DNA of 64,000 bases from Trichosphaerium sp. ATCC 40318 (GCA_038496445.1 JALMLS010000585.1:124001-188000), one strand, 5' to 3'. Counted from the stretch's first letter, positions 26,353 through 37,473 are shown. Program-made: numbers and translations. Notes: a model not told the origin generated them from the letters alone.

Positions 26353-29190
26353 TTACAACCAACGTACAGTCACATTTTCGCTTGTCTTCTTTGGATAGCT
26401 TTCCTGTGTAGGCAAAACGATTTACTAGTGTTGGTAATACTGTAGTAAAAGAAACATTAGAAAAAAAGTTGCAAAAAAAATGATACCATTTAATTGTTTG
26501 ATCGTGTTCCAATGACAGCTTTCTTTACTTATTATTTCTCCATCAGACATCTTTTTGGTAGAAGGTTCATCACTGAAGATGTCCAAGAATAACGGACGCT
26601 GTTTGCAACACTTACAGTTAAGGAGAAGAGAGAGGTTATTTTCTAGACGTTTGATAGTTCTAAAAACCACAACCGGCTGATTACCATAATAAAGAAAGCC
26701 ATGAACATACCACCTTGACACAATGCCAAGTTGTCGGCTGCCTATGATACAATGTTAATAGAATGGAAACCTATGTCACGTTCTTACAACCAAGTGTATT
26801 ATAGGCAACATCAGCCTGATGTTTTAATAAAGTGCAAGGAGTTATAAAAAAAGTGCAGCCTTTATCTTCACTGTCATTTTCTCGCTGTAACTGTAGTGAC
26901 TTTTTAATAAGCTCTTTAACTCTATCTTGAGATATTTCAGTTGCAGTAGAATATACAACTGCCCACTCGCCTGAAAAATATCTGCAAATAAAATTAATGT
27001 AACATAACTGAAAAGAATCTTGACGTACTCTTTGGCAACACATTCTTTTTTAACCACCACTTTTAAACCTACTCCTGTATGTCCTTGAAAGGTTTTTTGA
27101 TAAGAAGCAATCAAACCCATTTCATACAAACTTGAAGAGATATTAAAACAACTTTGTGATTATTAATAAAAACGCACCCAGGTAGATTGTAAATTAAAAG
27201 AGTTCCAGGGTGTATAATTGTTTCTTTATCGTCGTCTTGTGGTAGTTTATACGGAGAGGATAAAAGGAAATGGTTGTTGGCTTTGTATCGTTGATTGCTT
27301 GGACACACAAATAAAGAGTGTTTCATTAATGTGTGCGTGGCATAAGATTTTGAAGATAATCCTACCAAACGCTTTTGTTTTGTGATAGCAAGATCAGTTA
27401 TTTTGGGCAGTTTTCGAATAAACTGTCTGACTATCAAAGAAAAATAACGAACTCCTTTAGGGACCATAACTTCAACAGAATGTCGCACAACTCCTGGACC
27501 AAATCCGTCACCATCATCTTGTACACCAGTTGCCAACTCAATGTTGCTTAAAGCCCACACAAAATTAGTCCCGCTGACTTTAAGCTTTCCACCATCTAAA
27601 TAAATACATTAATCTCTTATAAAATAGGTTGTATTTGACGTGCTTGTTTGTATGATGATGTTTTTGATAGGTTTTTTTCCTCCGTCCTTCAAAGCAAAGC
27701 CAAAACACGTTATACCAGTGCGGCTATGTAATTGTCCTTTGTCTCCATCTGTGTGCATTCTTAGGCCTGATTTACCCGTAGGCCACTCCTATAAATAGTT
27801 ATATTTAACCGTTGTACACGATATACGTTAAACCCACCTTTAACTCTATAACCATGTCTGCTATTTCACTTTCATTTAGTGCCTTTGCGTTGGTTGTAAT
27901 TTTGTGATGGGCATCTATAATAGGCAGCAATTGATCCCACTTAGCTTTATCCAGTTGAATGGGTATTTTAATCTCAGAGTTTCCACAAAACTTATCTTTA
28001 TGGTTTGTGTCAATCACGATACCAACCAAGTAAGTTACTTACCGGAATATGGTGTCACACAAACCACTTTACCATAATTTTGAGTTTTATATCTTCTCAT
28101 AATGTTTGCTTCCCACAAATCACCGGGCTTAGACCAAAACTAACAAAGTAAAAATGTTGGTTCTGACGATGGTTACGTACAGTGTGTTTGAGATCATTTT
28201 TTGACTTCTCAGCAAACTTTCTGCACACAATAAGCAATTCATCCGGCAAAGTGTATGTTGTAAGCCACAATTTTGACACAGATCCTTGCCAATCGATATT
28301 CAGCTTTGTAGAATTGGAAACATTTGTGACTACAACATCTTCAGTGTCTTCATCAGTTTTTTTATTATTGTCTTGTAGAATAAATTAGAAGACAAACATT
28401 TTATATTTGTTCAACTCGTACCTTTTTTAAAGTGGTTTACAGTAGGCATTTCATCGCATTTAAGGTAATTAAAGGCCATGACTACATCTTGTGGCATAAT
28501 ACTTGGTTGTAAAGTGCCATAAGGAACAACAGAACGCCTTTTTTTCGCTGTTGCAACAATAAGTTGTTGGTTGTTGATGTTAATGTACCTTGTTGTCTTT
28601 TTTTTCGTACTTTCAAAGCCATACGTACCAAGGCAGCACTAGATATATTATGCTTCTCTCCTTTACGTTTTATCTGTATTGGAAAAAAATGAGAAATGTC
28701 TAATACTAAGAAACCGTACCTTATTAAGCTCTTTGTATGTGTTTGCCGTTGGAGATCTTACATTTGCTGGCAAAACGCTTTGCACTATCCACTTTGTATG
28801 TGTCTTAGACATTAGCGTCGCATGTAAATTACATTCTTTAGCCCACGGCTCCTCCAATATTGTTCCTCCTCCATTTTCCACTGTAAGTTCTAACAGACTT
28901 TTGAGACCAATAACAGCGTCTTTTATCTTCTCTCTTTGCAGCTTAAGTTCATCGTGTTCATTTGCATTTGGTGTCTAGGAGAGTAATTAAGATTTGAGCG
29001 TTACACAATGAAACAATTGTACCTTACAGCTTATGTCATTCACATGGCATGTTACCTTCAAGTCCTGTATACGTGGTTTTTTTGACGTTGCTTTGGAGGA
29101 GTTGGATAAACTTCGCTTTCTACGCTGTGGTTTAGTCACAATAAAAAAAACCCTCTGTATACCTCTTAGATGTATTTCGTGCGGACAACA
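26353..29190 (-). CDS. Transposon-encoded protein containing a putative 2-oxoglutarate/Fe(II) dioxygenase domain, multi-exon
   Basis: Spliced ELKEWPTGKSGLRMHTD (HxD at 27747-27755) ... VVRHSV (distal His ~27480) ... VRYFSLIVR. The model requires one GC-AG intron (donor GCACGT at ~27643). The start codon is uncertain. Confidence 0.6.
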
Positions 29191-29939
29191 TAAGCTAAGC
29201 GTTGTTACCTACTCAGCTGTTAAGTCTAAATAAAGCAAATTTAAAAACGCGCGGCAATGCAGGAAAAATCAAAAAAAACCAAATAATTTGAAAAAAAAAT
29301 ATCAGAGATAACGCGAATGGCTAAAATCTCTTTTTTTTAGGTGGAGTGTACATTTAAGTACTTTTTGGAACTATTCAAAAAAAAAAAAATAATATTGGGA
29401 GAGTTTTTGCGCTAAGGCCTCGCAATGGTCCTGACTACGCGCAAAAACCACATTGGCGCCAAGTCACTTGCGGGCAAAATTGAACAAAAACCTCCAGTTG
29501 GAGGAAAATTGCACACACAAAAAAACTCTTAGAACTTGAGTTAAAAGGCCTACATAACCATAATGCGTACCTTTACCTTCTTTGGTTTATAATTTACCGA
29601 GTAACGCTAATGAGATTTTAGATGGTATTCATCAAATAAAACTGGTTGCACGTACCTCAAGCTGTGTTCAGCTGTATTTGCGTTAAGGAAGATTTTCTAC
29701 CACTTTCTTAACGCAACTAAAGGATCCCCAAAGGTACGCTATCACGTTATTAAGTACTTGGGATATTATACGCCCGCGCTACGGAATAATCAGTAAATAT
29801 ATATATTTTAACGAAATGTCTTTAAAACTAACGCTAAACTACCTTACGTACGTGCAGGGCTATTTTACACAGGTGCGCAACTCTAAAGCGTGTCTGGACA
29901 AATAATTATAACTTACGCTCATTAGGTAACGTCGTCAAG

Positions 29940-30220
29940 TGGTTAAGCCCAATATTTCCCCACGTTCTGGTTCTCCAAGAAGCAAACTATCGCAGTCACC
30001 ACGAAAGAAGCACTATTCAGCAACTAGGTGAACTGTACAGGTGCAGATATTCGTTTGAAGCGTCCAAACGGTTCGGGCGCGTCGGGTCCCCTGACATCGT
30101 CACAGTGCGTTAAAAGCGATAGTAAGCCAACTATCAATAGCTTACAAATTTAGGCATGCAAGCGCAGAAGTTCAAAATGGCAGGTGCTCTACAATTGACA
30201 ATGGAAGCTTGGGTACGCAT
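29940..30220 (+). pseudogene. Captured fragment of the neighbouring ROCO gene (copy of 15227-15508, inverted in the window)
   Basis: By-eye alignment: 8 substitutions and one 1-bp deletion over ~280 bp. Confidence 0.95.
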
Positions 30221-30792
30221 ATTTACACTTGCTGATAAAGCCGTGTGGCGTATAGTGTAGTTAATCTACTATTTGCTTCCTGCTTTCCAATTGATCGCCA
30301 CATTCTCACTGTACTTCTACTTAGACTCTACCAATGCGTGTGAGATATTTGGCGACTAGTAATTCAAACAAAACACCAACACGGCCAGAAGACTTTACAG
30401 AAGTACTCAAGCGCACTTATGGCGCTTCTACACACGGAAAAAGCAGCGATATAAAAAACAAAGAAAAGTATGCAGTAAAACGCTCTCGAAGAGATCCTCT
30501 AGGCAAGGCATTGGCATGGCAAGGTACTGTCGAGTGTAATTGTATTTTATCACGCTAAAAAACCGCTGTTACACTCAGCGTAGTGAAATTAATGCTTACA
30601 GCAATCGTTTTGCACGTTTGTCATACTGACAATAGCTAAACCGCTCTAGGTACTGACACGACAATCCTTGTTGGCTCTCCTCACCTTCAATTCCTGATAC
30701 CAGATGATGTATTGCTACCAAAGTCACTAGATCGCTTTGGAAAGTTTGTATTCAAGGTAACTACCGAATTCGAGAAAAAAACCCCTTTACAC
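30221..30792 (+). other. 572-bp unrelated segment inserted in the captured ROCO copy and flanked by a TACGCAT duplication; contains exon-like pieces
   Basis: TACGCAT at 30214-30220 and 30793-30799. The ROCO copy resumes at the same source position after the insert. Confidence 0.75.
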
Positions 30793-31273
30793 TACGCATT
30801 TTTTTGTACTATTTATTATTACTGTGATACTAGTTACTGCGTAGAACGCAATTTTTGGAATAGCATGCACAATTTTTTTTATGTCTGCGTTACTTGCTGG
30901 TGGTGATTTACGAGCATAATAATCCAGATTCAACAGTTTTTTTTTTAAAACCTCATCATTGGTCATCGTCTTTTTGTAAATTTCCATTTAACTTGTGCAC
31001 AGCGATACTGGACCGAACCTGAACGCTAGCTTACCTAATCTACCTGTTGGTACTCGTGCATCTCAGTCATTACCAAAGAAGAGCAAGAGAAACAGCTTGC
31101 GCAAGCGTCGATTTACTAAACGGAGTCTTCATGGCATTTTTAAAGATGTATGCTTTATCTTATTGTGTTTGAAAAGTATTTTTATCGAGTATTAATAGGG
31201 TCCTCCATCACCTCACACTGATATTAAATTCGCAAGGTGTAGGATAAACGAGATTATTGTACGTTTTGACCAA
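30793..31273 (+). pseudogene. Second captured ROCO fragment (copy of 14550-15233 lacking a ~218-bp block)
   Basis: Near-identical ORFs 30995-31195(+) and 14628-14828(-); intronic sequence is retained. Confidence 0.95.
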
Positions 31274-31289
31274 ATATCTTTCTTAGTAG

Positions 31290-32345
31290 ACATTGACTGA
31301 TATTGGTCCAAATCGTATGGCAGTGTATGCAAAGCTATTTACTCACCAGTTCCATTTGGTATGTCTGTTCATCCGTCAAAAGAGAAATTTCACTTTTTTT
31401 TGCATTTTTTTTTTGATTTGGTTTCCTCGTTTGCTTACGTCTTTCCAACACCAGTGCTGAGCAGATTTCTATCTCTCTTGATGGTAAACAGTTTGCATTG
31501 ACCGTTGAGGATGCTTCTTCAAGTGCTCAAGCTTGGACAACTGGTTGGGATATCTACACTGTAAACGTTGGCGATAATGGTCCTGAAGATCCAATATTAA
31601 TTGCAGGGTATTTACTAATACTTGTAGCTGTTTTTTCTAACGTGCTTCTTCCCTAAGATACACCTCTGCAAGAACACAAAACCCTGCATACGCTCCATCT
31701 TCAAAGTGGCTTGCTTACGGGTTTATCAACGATGGGTTTTTTGTTTCTCTAAGAATGAAGTCTTGGCCTTACACTCATTTTTAGTGCTATGATAAGACCC
31801 GGTTATGAAGCTGATCAACTCTATGTTGTTCTATATGATGAAGTAAAGAACGTTACTTCAATGCTACCTCTGGTAATAGTGTTTGAAAAAAAAACCGTTT
31901 TTAACAGCAAACGTTATTTGTTCTGTAGTTCGTCCTCACTCGGAGTATATGGGCGTCTCCAAAGAAGTATTCCACTTGAAGACCTATATTGATAAATGCA
32001 TTCACAAGATTAAGACAAGTATATAACAATGGGAAACACCTATGCTCGTAGTTCAAGGTGGACATGATTTCAGAGTACACCAATCATAAAGCAAACAAAA
32101 AAACCCCCAAACTAACGCTTTTGATAATAGGTACACATAGGTCAAGGTATTGGTACAGTTACAGCTTTACAATGTCAAGGTATGAATCAAAACTTTTGTT
32201 CCTCAAGGTAAGTATAGTCCCTTACATAACATGTGAATACACGTGTTGTTCAACAGCGTTCTTACTCTTTTTGTTAAGATAGGAAGTCATTGGGTTTTGC
32301 AACTGTATAACGGTATTGAATGGTACTTTGAAGTTCTTGCTAGGA
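31290..32345 (+). pseudogene. Captured, internally deleted S9C dipeptidyl-peptidase-5/acylaminoacyl-peptidase fragment
   Basis: AWTTGWDIY, PAYAPSSKWLAY and AMIRPGYEAD (propeller part) are joined to WETPMLVVQG, QGIGTVTALQ and HWVLQLYNGIEWYFEVL (catalytic C-terminus). Stops and frameshifts are present; introns are retained. Confidence 0.75.
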
Positions 32346-32856
32346 AGACAAGTACACCTCAAGTACTACATACAGTAGGCGTATTTTCGTTCATGCATTA
32401 TGCTTACAGCTTGAAATTTTTCTGGTAAGCCTTAAACAGCGTATATACGCCATAATAATACTATAAAAGGTCACCAGTGGTAGGTTCCGTATACTTTGAA
32501 TCATTTGGTACGTTTTCAGTAAAAAAAACCCTATGTGGCGTTTGGCACTTCTAACAGTGTACCTTCAAGGCCGATGTAAATCATGGGTCGTACCTTTAGG
32601 TTTTTTTGTGGCATTTTTAATGAGGTACCTCTGTTTTTTTGCTGTACAAAGTTTCAACATCACTACCTTTGCTTTAGTACTGTGGTACTGTTTTGAATAC
32701 TCTGGTATGTGAGTATTGTTAACCTTTTAATTTAGTTGAAGAAAACGGCCCTGCACCTACAGAAGCGGTACGGATCTCTTTCAATGGGTTATATCCACTA
32801 GCTTGAGAAGTTCCGAATTATTAATGTGTGTCTCTCTTTTTTTTTTTCGTGTAAAG

Positions 32857-33335
32857 GTTTGGCGTAGATTGTACTTTGCAGTATTGAGTGGTAACGTTGA
32901 ATCAGTTAAAGTGGTTTTATTGCAAGGTGTTGATATCAATGGCAAGATAAGGATGTATGTAGCTTCAACAGTGATGAGAAATCGCACCAATTACTTTTTT
33001 ACTTTTTTGGTTTGGTTCTTTGTAATAATTTTTGCTAACGGTTGATAATGTAGGGTGACTGTATTGTGCACTTGGTGTGTCAAAAGCAACATTTGGTGCG
33101 AATTACTACTTGTAATTTTTGAGATTATTCAAGCTGTAGATACCATTACAGCGTTTACACACTTGAGTTTATAGTACTGACAACTTACCCCTCTGTTTAG
33201 ATTATAGTCAATGAATTACTAGTGTATGGTGCTACAGATGTTCTCGATAATACGGTAAGCGTAGATTAAGATAGTGTAGACGCATAGTGCTTATTTTTGG
33301 TTTAGGGCATGTCGTCATTGCACGTTGCTACCTCA
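32857..33335 (+). pseudogene. Captured ankyrin-repeat gene fragment
   Basis: LYFAVLSGNVESVKVVLLQGVDIN, IVNELLVYGA and GMSSLHVA, separated by GT-AG introns. Confidence 0.65.
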
Positions 33336-33659
33336 TGAGAGACCTGCACCTCCACCAGCGTGTGCTTCCTCAGCTGACGACTAGAAGAAGCAAAACATGT
33401 TCCCAAAGTAGAAGCAAACTCCTGTAGTTGATAGCGGTTTTCAACTGCAAAGAGCATCGACGCCTCCACCAAAGCCTAGTCAAAGCGTACATAGATATAC
33501 CTATTAAGAAGGGTGTTCGTAGAGATGTACCATTACATCACAAGCATGACGTGTTCATACTACATCTTCTTGTACGTATCAATTTCACTTCATGATTATG
33601 AACTCACTTTTAAAATACAGCAAGCGGTTTACCAGCATTACCAGTTTTGTAGAACGTCA

Positions 33660-34590
33660 TGGCTCCAACCACAAAAGCGCCAACTACAGAAACTCCAACT
33701 ATGAAGGCTCCTACCTCTGTAGCACCTACTACAGAGGCACCAACAACAGAGGTCCTACCACTGTAACGCCTACTACAAATGCACCAACTACAGAAGCTCC
33801 AACAACAGATGCACCTACTACTGAAGCACCAACCACAAACGCTCCACAACAGATGCTTCAACCACAGATGCGCCAACTACTGAAGCGCCAACGATTGAGG
33901 CACCTACTACTGAGGCACCTACCACTGAGGCTCTTACAACTGTAGCACCTACTACTGAAGCGCCTACTATGGAGGTTCTCACGACCGAGGCTCCAACTAC
34001 AGGAGCTCCTACGACTGAAGCTCCTACCACAGATGCGCCAACAACTGAGGCTCCTACCACTGTAACGCCTATTACAAATGCACCAACTACAAATGCTCCA
34101 ACAACAGAAGCCCCAACAACTGAAGCACTACAACTGTAGCGCCAACAACTGGTACTTTGTATTTTACTTTTTAAAGCAACTAACTTTCTTTGTAGATGCA
34201 CCAACTACAGAGCTCCAACAACAGATGCACCTACTACTGAAGCACCAACAACTGAAGCTCCTACCACTGAAGCTCCGACAACTACAACACCAACTACAGA
34301 GGTCCAACCACACAGAAGCTCTGACGACTACGACACCAACTACAGAGGCTCCTACAACGAAAGCGCCAACTACTGAAGCCCAAGTACTTACGCTCCATCT
34401 ACTGCTCCAACAACAGAGGCTCCAACTACTGCGCTTACTACTGAGGCACCAACAACTGAACTCCAACTACAGATGCGCCTACAACCAAAGCTCCAATGAC
34501 AGAAGCACCAACTACAAAGGCTCCAACCACAGAAGCGCCAACTACAGAGGCTCCTACGACTGATGCTCCAACAACAGACTACACCAAGTG
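33660..34590 (+). repeat. Degenerate 15-bp coding tandem repeat encoding (APTTE)n mucin-like sequence, frameshifted
   Basis: Repeated GCNCCNACNACNGAR units with indels, and an intron at ~34152-34195. Confidence 0.9.
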
Positions 34591-34705
34591 ATCGCTGCCT
34601 TTTACTCGTGGAAATTCTGCTTTGTTTTCTCTGGTGACTTACTTTATTTTTTTTACTCATTGCTACTCTTTACTGACATTGTGTCCTAACATCTGCTTGT
34701 TTTAG

Positions 34706-34892
34706 GTTGGAACCTTGTGCTGGCGGTGCTGTATACTTACTTGCACTCACAGATTTAATTTTCATGGTAGAAGGTACACGTGGTTTATAAAAAACTGAAC
34801 AACATTTCTTGATTTATGTGACAGTTTTTCTTACTCTGGTGTTTTTTCTAGATACATCATACATGTTCATCACAGGGCCAGAGGTTGTAAAC
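34706..34892 (+). pseudogene. PCCB: Captured two-exon fragment of a propionyl-CoA carboxylase beta-chain (carboxyltransferase) gene
   Basis: PCAGGAVYLLALTDLIFMVE / DTSYMFITGPEVV matches the conserved GPCAGGAVYSPALTDF.FMV..TSY.FITGP.VV; the intron is retained. Confidence 0.8.
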
Positions 34893-35064
34893 ACCAACAT
34901 TGCACCGCTGTCTTGTCAATAAATAACATTACAAAAAACTCGTTGTTTTTAACTCTTTTGACTGTGAGTTTTTAGTTTTCACTGTTTACCATCAGAAACA
35001 CCCGCTTTAGGTATGTATTGTTGTTTTAAAGTCTTTTAAGTCTTTTAACTTATTATTTTATTGT

Positions 35065-35258
35065 TTTTACTTATAATCGCCCAAATAACAATAAACCTAG
35101 GTATCCGCTCAGTTTTATAGCGCTTTAAGCCGTTTAGGCCATTTAACTCTTTATTTTAGGTATTTTACTTGTAAACGCCCAAACAACAACAATTCTAGGT
35201 ACATGCTCAGTTTTATAGTGTTTTAAGCCATTCAAGACATTTAACTCTTTATTTTAGA
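35065..35258 (+). repeat. Two-copy ~98-bp tandem duplication, each unit containing a GT...AG intron-like segment
   Basis: cgcccaaa...ctaggta...gctcagttttatag...catttaactctttattttag occurs twice. Confidence 0.75.
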
Positions 35259-35282
35259 TTATTGGCTTGTAGAACGTCAAAA

Positions 35283-37182
35283 ATGAATAGAAAAATGCAA
35301 GCAATAGTGCTCGCAGCAGGTACATATTACATAATAACTTGTAATGACATTTGTCATTAACACATTTTATAGCTTCTACAAATGAAATTGAACCTTTCAC
35401 ACGCTCTGATTTGAGGCATCACAGTACTGTTTTGTGTAATTACTTTGGCAAGCACTTGCAGACTGTGACTAGCATCAATTCTGGCTTCATTCACGTTCAT
35501 GTCATATCTACGGGACAATTCCGTCAAAAGTACTTTAGCAATTTTGGTGTGGTTTTCACTGTTAACATCTTCTAGTACTTATGAAGATGCTCTACCTATT
35601 GATAATCCTATAGATGCACTACTGCAGTTTCATAAATCTCGTGATGCTGTGTGTACTGTTGCTGGAAGAGAAATTCGTGGTTCAAGAAAAATATATTCTG
35701 ACTTTTATCAATTTAGCAATGACAAACACTCACGTGTTGTTGATGCTGTTGTCATGGATGCTGAACTTACTTTACCTGAAATAGTACGGTTTTTTTTGTT
35801 TGTAAGCCACCATATCAACTTATAAATGTAGATGACGAGAAGTAAAATTGTGAGAATAGTAATTCTTAAAGTCAATCTTACTGAATCATGGTGTCTTTTT
35901 GATCTTTTGTCACAAACACCATTATATCCTCCACCTCTCAGTGCGTGTATGTGTATCAGTTAATAGTTTAATGAATCAATAGGTTTGTGGTATACTATTG
36001 GCAAGGTAATAGAGAAGGCAGCTATGTCAAAACATGGTAGTTCAATGTACGTTATTGATAAATATAAATACAAACTATCACCTTTTGTGTTACTAACACT
36101 TGTATAGAGATGATGCCCAAAAGAAACTATTGACTACAATTGTAACTGAGCCTTATCAACCAAAATTGTTGATGATTCCTGGCGAGATCTTCGAGAAGAT
36201 TCGTGGTTTTTGTGACATTGAATTTGATCATTGTTTTTCATTGGTGTGTTCATATTTTTTGGCTCCATTGTTTATTAAACACCACGGCTGTTGGGTCAAA
36301 CATGGAGTGTGGATAAAAAATAATGAGGAAAAAACCAAAGAAATACGAGCTATCTTTGACTATGGACGGTGTATCAAAGTATTATTGAACGTAAGAGTTG
36401 GTGTAAAGTTATACAAGTACGAAATTTTTGTTTGTGGTTTTACAGTTTAACAATTACTTGCTTTATATAGAGATGTCTTTCACTTCAGTGTAGAAGGTCA
36501 GTTTTTGAAAGGAACAAGAAAAATAGTCACTGAAGATAAAGAAGAAGTTGTCACTGTCAGATTTACTACCAACGCTGCCACTTACGAGATTGAAAATTCT
36601 TTTTATTTTCAAGATACACTTTATACTTCTAAAACAACCTATGCTTTGGCCAACAAAAAATTGTTGTTAGTTTCTGTAACAGCTATTGTTGGCTACAAAC
36701 TCTTTCCAGTGATGGCCATTGACTTTCAAGATGAAGATCACCTTGAGTTTTACGACAAGAAAACAAAAGATATTTTATTTGAAATATCCAATGAGCAGCT
36801 TTTTGATTATGTGGATAACACTAAAGAAGGTACCAAGATAACTACATTAACCATTTGTCTTTAATTTTATTGTTTAGATCTCAATATGGATGAATTTGGT
36901 TGTCAGCAGCTTTGTACTGTTTGTGAGCTTCACCAAGCCACTCATCAGTTGTGGCCTTTTGTTTACGAATGGCTCAAATACAAAATAGATATGTTAATAC
37001 CCGATTGGTACTATCCAAATGTCCTTTACTGTCAGCCGCGCATCCATACTATGGCAGCACTGACAACTTTTGAACCTTTATTTGCTGTATCTAACTTTAC
37101 TGAATGGAATGAAGCGATGGATAGGTTCATACTAGTGGCATTAAGCTATGAACATCACATACGTTGTCATGTGTTTCAATAA
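35283..37182 (+). CDS. Transposon-borne multi-exon gene: degenerate nucleotidyltransferase-like N-terminus followed by an F-box-like motif and a beta-rich region
   Basis: MQAIVLAA and LLQFHKSRDAVCTV recall the NTP_transferase/eIF2B-gamma N-terminus; LLMIPGEIFEKI recalls an F-box start; long open exons. The domain calls are weak. Confidence 0.4.
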
Positions 37183-37289
37183 ATGCAATTCACGCTACTT
37201 CATGTAATTGTTTTTTTTTTATTTACATACTACAGTAAAGACCAAACACGACACAGTCATTGTAAAATATTTGACATCATAAAAATCCA

Positions 37290-37473
37290 TGAATATAGAT
37301 ACAGTATAAAACATGGTATATTAAGTCTTATACCATATGTCTAAAAATCACGGTACTATACCATAATTTGCAGTATAATTTTATGGTATAATTTGTGATT
37401 ATACCAAGGTAGTACCATAAACCACAATTATACTGCAAAATATGGTATTATACCATGATAATTTTCAGACCTG
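37290..37473. repeat. Right subterminal TATACCA/TGGTA array plus right TIR of the giant element
   Basis: Repeated atggtata/tatacca motifs ending in ttttcagacctg. Confidence 0.85.

Larger units (their letters stand above)
19749..37473. mobile_element. Giant (17,725 bp) CMC-superfamily (EnSpm/CACTA/Mirage/Plavaka-like) DNA transposon with passenger genes and captured host fragments
   Basis: Left end CAGGTCTAAAATT and right end AATTTTCAGACCTG form an imperfect TIR. 2-bp TSD TA at 19747-19748 and 37474-37475. TATACCA arrays at both ends, an internal DDE transposase, and flanks that rejoin into one intron. Confidence 0.88.

Noticed and set aside
33660-34590. (APTTE)n cargo derived from the PTEAPT linker at ~17640-17725
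   Set aside because: The unit length differs (15 versus 12 bp) and there is no flanking similarity, so the donor is elsewhere.
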